A DNA stretch of 64,000 nucleotides, taken from Paragordius varius (Eukaryota > Animalia > Nematomorpha). The notes below the pieces were generated by a model, which was given only the letters and a program-made list of their open reading frames with translations, had not been told where the DNA came from and did not search any database. Shown piece after piece: positions 1-14,127 of this stretch. Made by a program: the position numbers and the translations under genes. The stretch covers positions 14,384,001-14,448,000 of the forward strand of contig OZ176050.1 of the NCBI GenBank assembly GCA_964247055.1, given 5' to 3'. Numbering within the stretch: the stretch's first letter is position 1; the number at the start of each line of letters is the position of its first letter.

Positions 1-1725
1 ATAATTGCACAAATATGGAATAGAACCCAATATATATAAAAACCACACTTTTGCAACATTGAAATTCGATAAAATTCCCCATTAGAAGCATTCTGAAACT
101 TTAAGTTAAGTCGAGCGGAATAATCCGATTAACATTTTCTAAGCAAATAAATATTTTTAGGATTTAAGAAAAAAATATGTTTATTTTTCCGCCAATAAAT
201 ATGTATATGTGTAAATTGTGCTTGTAGAATTTTTTCCTATTTTATAAATTGCATCTATACTCATATATATATCCTAAATATATTTATATTTTAAAAAATT
301 TATTTTATAAAATATAATAAAGTTTATTTAAATTAAAATTTATTTTTAATAAAGAACTTATCCGCATATTCGATTCGACATCACAGGTAAAAAATTAGAA
401 GTTAACTGTCAATCTTTTTTGATTGACGTGTGTATTTATTTTAAGCAATAAAAAAATAAAAAATTTGAAATTATGCATTATTTTTTAAAAAAATATAATT
501 TAGTGCAGTTTTATATATATCTTGAATTAATTAAAAAAATTTTTAAAATAAATTATAAACCAAAAAAAAATATAAAAAATCTCATTGTTGCGATTTATAA
601 TTTATAAAAGTTAATTTAACATAAAAAATATTTGATATATATTTATAAATATATATAAATAATCCGTCAAAAGAATTAAAATTGGTCAAAATATTGCCGC
701 ACACCCACTTAATATATTTTGTGTTTTTGATGTCATAAGCCTCAATAAAAGTATAATTAATCACAAAATAAACTAAATTGCCGAAAATTTTCATATTTTT
801 ACTTTTTGTTTGAAGTTATTATTACAAATAAAATTGTCAACAATCTATTAATTTTTAATTTTCTCATAGATAAAATGGCGCTGTTCTATATAATGCAAAT
901 TGCAATATATGAAAAGGGGTGTCCCTATAAAATTAATTACCTGCCTTTAAAAAGCAAAAAATAAGGTAAATTTTGATTACATAATTATTTATATTGAAAA
1001 AATGACATATCAAGTTTATATATTATAAAATGTAGGTAGACTAAAGGGAATCTCAATCGATACAAAAAATGAATTTTTTTTACGTGTTGTTAACACGGTG
1101 AGACAATGTATCTACAAACCTCAATTATTAACAATTTTTTTTTTCATTAAATTTAAAGAATGATTAGATAATTGATGTTTAAAATTTTTGATATATTTTT
1201 TTTAGTTTTGAAATCAACGTTAAGAAAAAAATAGTTTTCTCACGATTTTTAATAAAGTTTTTAGAAACAGCATATATATAGATATTCTAAACCGCATCAC
1301 CTTGAAAAAAAACTAAGTATATTTACTTAATCCTATCAATTATTTTATTGGATACTTAAATTGTCTGGAGAAAATTTTAAAATTATCTTTATTAGTAAAT
1401 AAATTTGCCACAATACTTCTGGTATAGTATTGAAAAAGCTATTGATACAATATATATACATAATAGATTTAAATTTTATTAATTTTCATAAAAAAATTTA
1501 CACCTATATTTTATTATTAAACTTTATTTCAAGAAGACATATTGGGAAATGGTAGGCGTCAAAAATCTGTATAACACTTTTTTTTCAAGGGTTTTTTTAA
1601 ACTACCCCTTAAAAAATGTATCATAAGGACTAGGTTCATTTATAAACTTTTATAAATTATTTATTGTATATGAAAAATCTGACATATATATTTTATAATA
1701 TATTTCATTCTATATTAAGTGGTCA

Positions 1726-1766
<41 letters not shown>

Positions 1767-3635
1767 TAAAAAGTCTCATTGTCTGGATAGTATACTTAAC
1801 TTTCATCTTTCTTTTGACATTTAAAACCTTGAAAATTAAATAAAATAGTTTTTTTTTTCATTTTTTGTTAAAATCACATTTTCCCCAACAAAAAAAAACA
1901 GTTAAAATTTTATTTTCATAATATAATTTTTAAATAATATAATTGGAAAAAACAGAATTAATATTTTACACCAGAGAAGGATTAAACTATAGACTTATTA
2001 ATGCATTTTGGTAAATTTAGGAGGCGAAAATAAGTCATATATATATATATATATATATTAGCTTTAATAGATTCTAAATCCCCCTTTTTAATTATCTGCC
2101 TACTTTCGTTTTCAGTTGCAAAAAATATCTTAAATTACTTTTTTTAGCTCTTAAATTACCTTTAACTTATTTTTTTTTTATTTTTCTCCTTTTATAAGCC
2201 AAATAGGTGATGATGCCAAAAAATCCATTAAAAGATTAATCTTTGTTTTAAATTTTCTTTCATATATTATTTCAATTCCACTGAAAAAATCTAATATATG
2301 AGATAAAGAGAGAAAGTACAAAATTTAATATTGTTTTAGATAAATTAAATGTCGAAATTAAAAGACTTAGATTTTTTGTAAATGATAATCAAACCTTTTT
2401 TTAAACCTTGATTTTTCACATATAAATTGGTTATTTACGATTTGGAATTATATAATTGAGAATTTAAAGTGTAGATCTTATAAAAATATATCCTTTTTTT
2501 ATTTTGCGACCCAAAATGATATACCCATTTACAGTTCAAATTCACTCTTAAAGAATTCCACCTTAAAAATTATGTGTTTTTCCTTAAAAATTACCTATAC
2601 TCTTTTATATTTTTAAAAAATGATATTGTTTAAAATTAATATAATAATACTACAAAACTAATAAACTATACCATAAAGATAAACTACATATTAATAATGA
2701 GTTATATTTACCCGAAAACACATAAATTATTTTTAGGGTGATTGTTGAATTGTTCAAGGGCGGATTAGAGTTGTAAATGGTATATATATATATAATATAT
2801 ATTATAATGAAAACTATTTTTTTATAATTATTAAATAGGCTTTTTAATTTTGGCGATTTTCCCAAAGATTACAATCTTAATCGGGTATAATTCTTCAATT
2901 TAATAATTTTAGCGGTTTTTATCTCAGCACACCCGAAAAATATAAGGTTAATATTTTTTTAAAAAAAATTAACAAGGATTTCTAATTTTTTAAATACAAA
3001 AAGATAAATTTTTAAAAATTTATTAAAAAATCATATTTTGATGTAAATTTAAATGGAATGATTGTGAAAGTTATAATTTGTTGAATTTATTTTTTTTATC
3101 CAAAAATATCTAATAATTTTAAAGTACACCAGTAGGATGTGAAATTCTTAAAATAACTGGCATTTTTAACAAAAAACAGTAGTATTATAAATGGAATTTT
3201 GTGTTGTATGAATTATTTTAAAAAAAAATAAAAAAGTTATAATAATAAAAATTAAAGTTAAATTAAAAAATTGTAAAATTCTAAAATTCTAAAATTTAAA
3301 AAAAATACTATATGAGCATATTATAGATCATTTATATCAGTTAGTTAAAAAAAACTAAAGATTTATATATTATTTTAAAAGTTTTCTTAAAGATTCGATT
3401 TTAAATTTGACAGAAGAGAAAATCAATTTAAAAATTTTAAAAAACAACGAATTTTAAGACATCATAATAAATCTTTTTTATAGTAATTGGATAAAATGTC
3501 ATCTCCATTTTATAAGACCAAAAAAATTTAAATTTTAATGGGAATTTACAATCCTTAATCTTTCTTTTCTAAAACTATATAAAAATTGAATTCTAAATTT
3601 TTTTTTGTTTTTACAAAATTAGAAGTAAGTATAAA

Positions 3636-3802
3636 CATTGCTAGAAAGTTATTGCTTATTGGCGAATAGCATAGAATATGCAGCAAAGAGCATTTATATT
3701 GGCTAATAATGTTAAAAATTCAAAAAAATCAACTATAAACCAATAATACTTCCCTTTGTTGTATATATATGCTATTTGGCAATTAATAACTTTCTAGCAA
3801 TA
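3636..3802. mobile_element. MITE with CATTG...CAAT(G) termini
   Basis: TIR attgctagaaagttatt / aataactttctagcaat. Other copies ~56480-56625, 56990-57145, and 61805-61900 (partial). Confidence 0.75.
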
Positions 3803-5127
3803 TTATTTATTCATAAACTTTATTTTTTCATTTTAGGGTTTTATGTAAACTAACAACAAAATCAAAATCTAATTATAAAAATATTACAGTGGAAAATACT
3901 AAAGTAATAATCATCTTTTTTAGACGCCACTAAAGAAATGTAATCAAAATTGGATTTTCGCCATATATATATACAGTATTCATTTTAGTGGTTCCTTATT
4001 TCACATACTATAGTAGTTCGAAACACAGTAATGTATGGGAAAAACAATAAAATGTTGCATAAACAATTATATCTTTTCTTTTTTTCCATACACTACTGTA
4101 ATGCATGCAAATTGTCCAACTATAAGTGTGAAAAAAAACAATTATTAAATGCAAACTGATATATATAATATATATATATATATACATTTTCCGCGTCCAT
4201 ATTTCCCCGATAAGATAAAATAAAATAAATTATATATCACCCAATGGTATTTATTTTTTTATTTCAATATTGCATAATTTTTTTGCCCTCAAAAATAAAA
4301 ACAAGGAACTGCGCATGGTCGTAGAAATAGAAACACAGATTTTCCCACCAAAATCTAATTATTTTTATAGAGTTTTGGATTCTCAAGTTAATTGGAAAAT
4401 GCATATTTTTTGTTAAAGGTTATATTGTCTTTTTGCAGTTAGAATAAAAATTGATAATAAACGGAAAAGACAAAAATGTTAAAGATATAAAGACTAATAT
4501 TATGTTTTAAAAGACATCCATACTTTTTGAATCTTAATTTTTTTAAAAAAAAATTATTTTTTTAAACTGCAAAATATGAAATTGATATGCATATTGGTAA
4601 AACAATCAATTACATTCTTCACAATTATAGCTTTATAATTTATTATGAGAAAAATTAAGGTTTAAAAATATTAAATTTATTATAAAAATATTTGTGTTTA
4701 TATTTTTACGTTTTGAGACCGTATAATATGTATTTTTACTGTATATATTTCCATTAGAAATTCACACATTGAACTAAAAAATTTGTTTGTTAAATATTAA
4801 AATTAATATTTTAATTGATTTTAATCACGCAAAAAATTATAATTGAAATTATTATGAAAAATACCTGGTAGTAATTATTATCATATATGTGTTATGACTT
4901 TAATAAACCCCATATAAAAATAATTTGAATTTATCACGTTATTTTTAGTAAAAATATGTTCAGATATAAAAATTATGAAAAAAAGGATTATTTTAGTATA
5001 CCTATATGTATAAATTAAATTTTTAGTTGTAATTTAATATTCTAGATATAGCTTTGGTATAAATATATATTCTTTTGATGTTGAAATAGATATATTTTTT
5101 TTTGTAGTTTTTTAACGAAAAATGTTA

Positions 5128-5282
5128 CAGTAGCGTATGACATAAAACATTATTAGTCCATAAAAGAATTACTTAAAATATGTTTTTTAAAAATATGTAT
5201 ATATAAAACTAGGCTTGTTTTTTTAATAAAACTTTTTTATATTCTTTTATGGACGAATAATGTTTTATGACATACGCTACTG
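5128..5282. mobile_element. Short TA|CAGT MITE (cagtagcgtatg... family)
   Basis: ~43-bp near-perfect TIRs with TA flanks. Second copy 6054-6222; diverged copy 7355-7459. Confidence 0.85.
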
Positions 5283-6053
5283 TACTTTTATTACGCAGCA
5301 CAAAAATAAAAGATTTTGTCATGTTATAAGGAATGTGTCAAATATAATTTTATTGTGGATTAAATTTCAAAGAAATGTAATTTTATCCAATACTTTTTTT
5401 GGTGGACTTTAAAATGACATTAACCAAAAGCAAAGATTTTTAACATTTATTTCTGTCACTAGAAAAAATTTTATAATTTTAGATATATAAGTAAAAAATA
5501 TACCGCCAGGAAAGTTTATTATGGATAAAATCGCAAATTATTACCAATAAAAAAAGATTAAATAGTCATTAATAAATAAAACTACTTGGTGACGTTTATT
5601 AAGCGAATATGTCGCAATAAAATTAACATATAAATAGATTTTTATTTATATATGTGTGTGTTTATGTGTCTTTTCATTTTATTTTCGGACAGAACTTGCT
5701 AAAAAAATCAAGGAATAATGATATAAATATGTATATATATTGATTATATCATAATTAATTTAAATACTACAAATAATTTTATTTTATTTTACTTTAATTT
5801 AGTTTTTTAAAGAATCTAATCAAATAAATGATAAATGATAATTACGAAATTTTATAATTATTTTCACCTCAAATATTACTTTTTTATTTTCGTATTTCTT
5901 CTGTGAGAAAAATAAGTAAATATTTAAATAACACGACATCTATTAGCAAAAATTTTGTTTCCTTATTATTTAGACACCAGGGAATTCATTCTTGAAGAAT
6001 TCAAATAAAAAGTTTCACACAAAAACTTCATCCTTTTTAATTATCACAATTTA

Positions 6054-6222
6054 CAGTAGCGTATGGCATAAAACAATATTAGTCCATAAAAGAATAAAAA
6101 AATGTTATATATTATAAAAAAAACAAGTCTTGTTGTATGTATACATATCATTAATTTTTTTTCTTGATGAAAAAATTTTTTTTCTTTTATGGACGAATAA
6201 TGTTTTATGCCATACGCTACTG
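6054..6222. mobile_element. Short TA|CAGT MITE, second copy
   Basis: TIRs match 5128-5282; spacer differs. Confidence 0.85.
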
Positions 6223-9200
6223 TATAAAGTTATCGTGTAATTATATCTTAAAATTATTTATTAAAAAATGTCACACTATGTATTCCTAACTTATCTATAT
6301 CTATATATAACATATATAATTAATTGGTCTCAAATTAATTATTTGGTATTTAATTTTGATTAAATTATGTTGTTTTGAAAATATTGTTAAATTTAATATA
6401 TAATAAAAATAAACCACATCTCACAAAAAACAATTTTTTGAAGAATACGATCACATAATTTTAAATATAAAATTAATATTATTGATAATATATAGATGGT
6501 TTTTTTCAAGGTTGAATAAACTACATCGAATATACATACTTACAGTAAAAATTGAAATTATATACGGAGAAAATGTAAAAATATTTTTTCTAAAACTTTT
6601 ACTTGATTAATTTAAATTTAACTCAATGTAAACTACAAATTATAATAATATAGGCATGTAAATGTTAATACAATCAATTATATATTACAATTGTGTTTAA
6701 ATGATTTTTATAGGATAAATTAATGTTTAAAAAATTATGGGGTTGTCTTTTAAAGAAAAGAATTTGTTTGTCTTTATATTTTTACGTTTTGTCCGTAGCT
6801 AAGTATCCATATTCTATAAAAAAATTTTTGTTAGGCGATTTTCAAACGAGCTTATTCTCAAACTTGGATCTAATTAGCCTAGTGTATTTCAAAAAACGAG
6901 TATACTAAAATGGGCTTTTTAATCAATAATAATTATGTATAATTTTTCCAATAAAATTATAATATTATTATTATTATTATTATTATCGATAATCAATGAC
7001 ATCCCCCCCCCCCCCCCAAAAAAAATTTAGTTGACAATTTATTGATGGTAGGTATAGTTTTATGATTACATACAATACTGTGCAGTAGTTAGTTTGTAAA
7101 ATTAAAAATGAAAATTAGGTATTGTAGCAATTCTTAGATATATTCATTTGCACACATCAAAAGAGTCTGATATATATAAGCCTAGTCTGTTAAATTTTGT
7201 TGAGAAATCAACTCAATTATATATAGATAAAAACCACACGTAAAAAAATGTGAGCAAAAAATCAAAAAAAAAGTTTTATGATTAATTGACTTAATCCGAT
7301 TAACTTTTATTCTGTGAAGGATTAATTAAGATGCATAGCAGAGAAAGAGATGTACAGTAGCGTATGGTATAAAACAAAGTGTTTGTCCATAATCAATACT
7401 ACAAACCTTAATGAATGTTAATTTCACAGCCCTTGATTGTTTTTTACCATATGTTACTGTATAGTGTGGACGGACACTGCTGTTTTTTTCCTATTTTGTT
7501 AAAATGAATACATTGTATTTCATTTCTACTCATATTTTTGTTAGCAAGGTTCAATCATATTCTATATATATTTTTTCTAATTAGGATGCGTTTCCAAAGT
7601 GTTTCAACACGAAAAAAAGAAAAAACCTTCAAAAGGTGAAAAATCCGGTAATATATGCATAAAAATTGTTATTCCATTATTGCATCGTCAAAGAATTTAA
7701 ATAAATTACGGAACCTAAGCTATTTTTAGTAGTTTTTGATTTGATAAACATAAAAATAATGTATATATTAAGTTAACACTCTTAAATCATTATCAAGTGT
7801 CATTTGTGATACAAATTAGGGTTGTTGGACACCCAGCCAGGCCTGTTATAATAAGAGATATATATAAAATATTATTATGTATTGAATCCAATTGAAAAGC
7901 TTGCATTCAAAAATATAGATGAATTTTCTTTAAAATGCAATGATATATCTAATTTTATCTGATGGTAAATATTCAAAAGATTTAAATAAGTACATGAGCT
8001 AAAACAAAAAATATTTCGAACTTACCCGTTTTATTATGCATTTTTTCGTATCCTCAACATTTTCATTATGTATTTATCATTAGATTAACTTATTGTCATA
8101 TAATCCAAAATATTTAACATATAAAAATAGCGGAATGATATGAGAGTTTTATTTTAAAAATATTCCAGCATATTTAACCATTAAATTTCAATAATTTTAA
8201 CTAAATTTGACCATGGGTAATTATACTTCAATTCTATCAAGCGTAAAATAATCATGTCAAATATGAACATTTTTAATATATAAGATAACTTTAACTAAAT
8301 CTTTATTATAAAGCGTTTTTTAAAAACAATCCCTATACCTTTATTTGGTGTTTTAGGCCTACAGTTGCTTTTAAGAAGGTTTGAAAACAAACATTTAAAA
8401 ATAAAAACCAGTTTTTGGTTTTAAAACAAATTAACTTTGTATAAGACAATTCCCATTAAATTTAGACTTGTAAAAACGAAATTTTCACACAATTTATTTG
8501 GACAACTTTGTTTGTCCTTCTCAAGGATATAGTTTTAATTAATGATAATCGGATTAAACTGTGTTGCATGTTTCCAGAAACTAGTAACATAAAAGTGTGT
8601 ACCTAAAGATCGATTTTCGAGTTATTATATTGAAAATTAGATAAAAAAATAAATATTATCTGAGAATTAAAACAGAAATCAATGATACTAGCTTAGTTTA
8701 CTTAGATTTTAACTTTTTTTTCACTATTGATCACTTCTTCTCGTAATAAAACCAAAACCAAAATGTATTGAATAAGGTTGCAAATTCAATTGAAATGCAA
8801 ATGCTAAACATAATTGCTTCATAAATTATAGTAATAGCACAATTATTTATTTAGTTTATGTCATTTTTACATAATCCAAATTTGCATACCATAGAACTTT
8901 TTTTAGGCGTATAAAAAATTATTTGTGTTTAATTTATACATCCATCAAGGGAATCTCGTCAATTTATCACATGAAACACTAGCATTTTGTAAAATATAAT
9001 CAAATATACCATTCCCAGTTCAAAACCCTTGAGCAATTCGAATTTACCTCAGAATTAATTATACGTTTTATAAGATTAAAAATTACCTATATTTTTTATA
9101 TTTTCTCAAAAAAAGATACTACGTAAATTAATATAATACTGAAAAAATCATAAACTATGCTATAAGAATATATTTCTTATTAATAATGAGTTATATTAGC

Positions 9201-9827
9201 TGCCCGAAAAGACATAATTTGTTTTTAGGGTGAATTTGAATTGCTCAGGGGGTGAATTTGAATTGTAAATAGTATATAAGGATATGAAACAGTTGGATAG
9301 TTTAAAAATGCTAAGGAAGAATTTCGATCAAGATTGAAGGTCATGTCCATACTTATAAATGGGTGATTTTTTATGCATTATTCAAAATAATAAATTTTAA
9401 ATACATATTCGTTTGAAATAGAGAAATTTATTTTATTTTTTGCGTTAACCGAGTTAACGTGACTTAGATCAACTTAAACGGCAGCACCGTACAATATATA
9501 AAAGAAGCAATCAATATTTTACATGTAATTATATGGATCAAATGATATGTTATAAAGTAAAATTTAAATAAAGCATCTATAATTCCTAAAAAATTAACGA
9601 TATAATATGTTAAAATTTCAAGTACAAAGGCAATCTTATTGATGTTATCATATTAAGAGCGAGTATTATAGAGGATGATATAATATAAAGAAGTATTTAC
9701 TACAAATTCAGATACTGGCTGAGAAGATGCGATTTATAATTAAAATTTATTTTCAATTTTATTCGCATTTTAAGACAATATCTAAATTTATATAACAATA
9801 TTGAAATGCAAAATTCCATCAAATATA

Positions 9828-10146
9828 CCATTTACAATTCAAATACACCCTTAAACAATTCAAATTCACTCTTGAAGAATTCAAATTCACCCTTTAACAA
9901 TTCAAATTTACCCTTAAACAATTCAAATTAACCCTCAAATAAAATATATGTTTTTAGATTAAAAATTACCCAATATTTTTATATATTTTTAAAAAATAAA
10001 AATTTTGTTTTAAATTTAAATAATACTGAAAAAATAATAAACTATGCCATAAAGATATATTTCTCATTAATAATGGGTTATATTAGTTCGAAAACACATA
10101 ATTTATTTTTAGGGTGAATTTGAATTGTTCAAGGGTATGTAAATGG
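9828..10146. mobile_element. MITE family A copy
   Basis: Same termini and core as 49403-49757; nearly identical internal segment. Confidence 0.88.
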
Positions 10147-10901
10147 TATAAAATAATAGGTTAATTTAAAATTTCGCTCTCATTAGGTGAAGTAGATTGG
10201 CGTGTATAATAGATTAAAACTTGGAGAAAATATTTTTTTTTGGAAATTTATAACATCTTTAAGCCCAACTTAAGAATATATATTTTGGTTGTAATAATTT
10301 TAATAGATGGTTAAACTGTAAAAATTACGCCATCTACATTTTGATTATTCAGAGGCGTAGCAAGGGAATGGAAAAGGGTATTTTTGATAAACCGGTCGCC
10401 ATAGTTGAAGGGACGCCGGATTTTATAATTTTTTAATTTTATATCGGGAAAAATAGGTATTCAAAAGTTATTATTTTAAATATCATACATAAATAAATCA
10501 CCCATTTATGAGTGGTCACAACTAGGATTTGAATTTGAATTTTAAAAGAAAAACGCAAAGGGTCGTATGGATTAAAAGTTTAATTAATACGCAATGATTA
10601 GATTTATCTATAATATTAGTAGAATTAAATTATTTAAAGTATATATATATAAAATTGTTTAAGAAGAAAACAGCTATAGATAGGTTGTTTTAACAAATTT
10701 TCTCGACGTGATAATGTTAAGGGGCACTCGTATTTTTTTAGCATCATTGTGTCATTTATAGTAAAAGTAGGCATTATTTAATAGTATCTGATTCATTCAA
10801 AATTTCTGTTTCTACCCATGTTTGAAACTAAATTCTGAAGGCAAAAAAGTCATTTTCAAACATTTTCGAGAACTTTTCCGGCTGCCACCATATTTTATAT
10901 T

Positions 10902-10942
<41 letters not shown>

Positions 10943-10948
<6 letters not shown>

Positions 10949-11882
10949 CCCTTTCCCAGTCAAATAAAACGCTAAGCCAATCGATCGAAACACTTTCCCA
11001 ATCAATTAAAACATTTTCCCAATCAATCGAAACGGTTTTATTGATGATAAATATCCACACAAGATATGTTTTAATCAACATACTAAAAAAGGTCATTCTT
11101 TTTGGACAATACAAATATTATCTGCGTATTTTTACATTACGCAATCATTTAATAACTTATAATGATATTTTATTTTTTTAATTACGATCAATTCATTTCC
11201 CCCCTCAAATTTAGACAACAGGTCGAATTGCCCATTGTACATCTCTCCAATAACTCTATGAAATAATTTGGGTTTTCAATTAAAATTAATATTTAAGATT
11301 TTTTGATGATTGATCTTTTTTTGAAGTTCATTTTCCTACTTACGGTAGGCAGTTAGGTAGGTAGGTAATTCTCTATGTCAAGTTCGGTCCCTTGGAAATT
11401 AAAATGACTTTCTCATGCCCTTTCTTTCAATTCCTTTATACATCTATCAAATTCCTAATTTACAGTATCCAGCCGCCATTTTAACATCGGTTTTCCTTTG
11501 TTCCTTTTTCATTCAACTTTTCCAAAAATCAAATCCTTCTCAAGAGGGATGTACTTCTTAAAATGTGACCAATGTGTACGTGAACTTTTTTTTATTATAG
11601 CTTCCATTTAAAATTTGGATTTTTTCTTATTTGAATTGTCATATCCTGTCTGATACAGGTTTGCTTATTTAAATAGAAATCACTGTGAACCCAAATAATC
11701 CATAAAGTGAATTTGAAAGATTCCAGGTAAAATTTGTCATGTTTAAGAAGAAAAAAATATCAAAGGTTTAAGGTTCTTTCGAGGTGTATATCGATTAAAA
11801 TCTAAATAGGTACACTGTCAAAAAATTATATATGGTTTTTAATATCCTCATAATCATTAAAAGTTATTTTTATATCTTGTTT

Positions 11883-11923
<41 letters not shown>

Positions 11924-12033
11924 CATCAAAAATAAAACCGTTTTCATTGATCGGGAATAAACATTTCGATTGATTGGAAAAACGTTTCTATTGACTGGGA
12001 AAGCGTTTTTATACACTGGGAAATGGATGGTAT
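10943..12033. mobile_element. Long-TIR element (family D) with 21-bp subterminal arrays
   Basis: 10945-11075 and 11875-12033 are inverted copies, each with about 4 units of cccaatcaatcgaaacgtttt. The right arm is interrupted by a (TA)n expansion; its outer end reads TACCAT. Confidence 0.6.
11345..11600 (-). mobile_element. 3' remnant of an RTE-like non-LTR retrotransposon
   Basis: Minus frame LEKDLIFGKVE*KRNKGKPMLKWRLDTV resembles the RTE-type RT C-terminal motif (LI.GKVEGKR.RGRP..RW.D), followed by a (CCTA)n-like tail at about 11345-11380. Confidence 0.55.
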
Positions 12034-14127
12034 AGGTAATATTGGTTGTAAAAAAATCTCCGGTCTGAAGTTCAATAAAATAAATATTTGTTAAAATATT
12101 ACTAACTCGGTTGAAAATAGTATACGATTTGCAATTCAAATTCACCTTGGAAAACAATTCAAATTTACCCTCGAACAAAAATATGCCTTTGAACCAAATA
12201 TATTATGTGTTTTTTTAAACTTAAAAATTACCTATATTTAACTATATATTTTTGAAAAATAAAATTTTGTTCAAAATTAGCTAATACTGAAAAGATAATA
12301 AACTATGCCATAAAGGTATATTTCATAATCACAAAGTTATGTTAGTTTAAAAACACATGATTGTTTTTTAGGGTGAATTTTAATTGTTCAAGAGGGAAAT
12401 TGAATTGAAGGGTGAATTTGAACTAAATGGTATATTTTTGGTATCTAAAAGGAAAGAAAAATATATTTTTTAGGGTATGTAATTTAGTTAAGGTAAAAAA
12501 TTAAAAAAAATAAAAATTAGGATAAATTTATTTGTTTTAATGGTAAATGATTTGTCTTGATTGATAGTTGGTTTAGAAATCGCAAAATTACAGTTGTAAT
12601 TAAATTAAAATTATAGCCAATTTGACCAGTAAAACCTAAATTATTGCCATATAAATATTTAGATTATTTGATAATTATAAATATTTTTTGAAATGAGATG
12701 TGTAACAAACCAACTGTTTTTTTTGATTTGAAAGTTTTTTTAATTCACGATCTGATATCAGCATTTAGTTTTAAAATTTATAACAAATTTTTAATTGTTC
12801 ATCAAATTAAATTAGTGTTTTAAAATTTAATTTTTATAAATTTAAATTTGGGTGTTTGTTCTCAACATCGTATTAATTCAAAACCAGTCACAAATATAGA
12901 TTTATATATATGCATATGGTAAAAATTGAACTTTTTCAAGGGAGCAAATAATTTTTTTTACAATACTCAACGGTTTGAATAAATAGTAATGTACATGGGG
13001 ACCCTAGGCAATTACGAATTTCACATTACCAAGATGGAAAAATTTTAAAAGAAAATTGTTTTATTTTTAGGATTTTATTGGGATAATCCTATTCCTTTTA
13101 TCATAATAATAATAATTAATTTTTACGCCAAAAAATACTGCTAAAAATGAATTTTTATAAGTCGAAATCTTATTAATCACAAAATACCAAGTCAATCATA
13201 AAAAAGTGCGTAAAATATGGCAAAAGTCGAATCTTAAAGAAAAAGTGTGCTGACCTCTGAAAAATTTGATAATACAAAAGCTATAATCATATAGTTATCT
13301 AACACTTCATTACCTTTCACTTGTTTGACCTAGTTTACCTTTTTTATCCCCGAGCTCATTTGTGTAAAAACTACAGTTTAGAAATTTTTTTTGATAAAAT
13401 TTATTTTGAAACATTGTTGTTCTCATGCATTAGATACAAAGTTTTTGTATTTTTTTCAATATAGTGACTTCTAGAGTCTAAAATTGGAACAGCTCTAAAA
13501 CACGATTCAAACGAACAGTTGATATCAACATTAAAATATATCAAGTTTTTGCTGGTAAGGAGCCTGATTTAAATTTTCTGACCATAATTACAATGCCTGT
13601 TTATAAGTAATTTAAAAATTTTTTTATAAAAATAAATGGCGGCAAAAAATTGGAGATGGAGATTTTATAATTTTGTATTTTTTTAAAAAAGTTCATTTGT
13701 ATATAATGTTCCTAAAAGACTAAAATAATCATATTTTTATTAGCTTTTTGCCTTTAATACTTTTTAAGATATTCGAATTACATAAGGGTCGGAATATGAA
13801 TCCACCATGGAGTAACTAAGAACTATATATATTTATATAAATATATATTATTTTTACAAAATTATTTATATACACAGAATAAAATAAAGATGTATGATAA
13901 TATCATTATTGTACAACTAGTTGCGTCTCCAACAATCGACTTTCTAAAAAAATATATAAAATAATATCTATATAATACAAGTATCATATATATATAATAT
14001 TTATATCACACATAAACTTATAAAACTTATTAGATAAAATAAATTTAAAACTAAATTATCAAAATAATGTTTAAAAACTAAAAGATTTTAGTTTTAAACA
14101 AAATAAAAACTCAGAGCGGAGTGAGTT

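Noticed and set aside
355-386. AG/GT-bounded 32-nt segment reading LIRIFDSTSQ (weak WIPI/WD40 likeness)
   Set aside because: Could not be chained to other exons; too short to trust.
7585-7647. 63-nt exon-like segment with a good acceptor and donor
   Set aside because: No recognisable protein or partner exons; may belong to a gene extending outside the window.
10812-12178. ORFs 10812-11114, 10822-11181, 11870-12178 with YIYIYI and 7-aa repeats
   Set aside because: Read-through of (TA)n and 21-bp TIR arrays.
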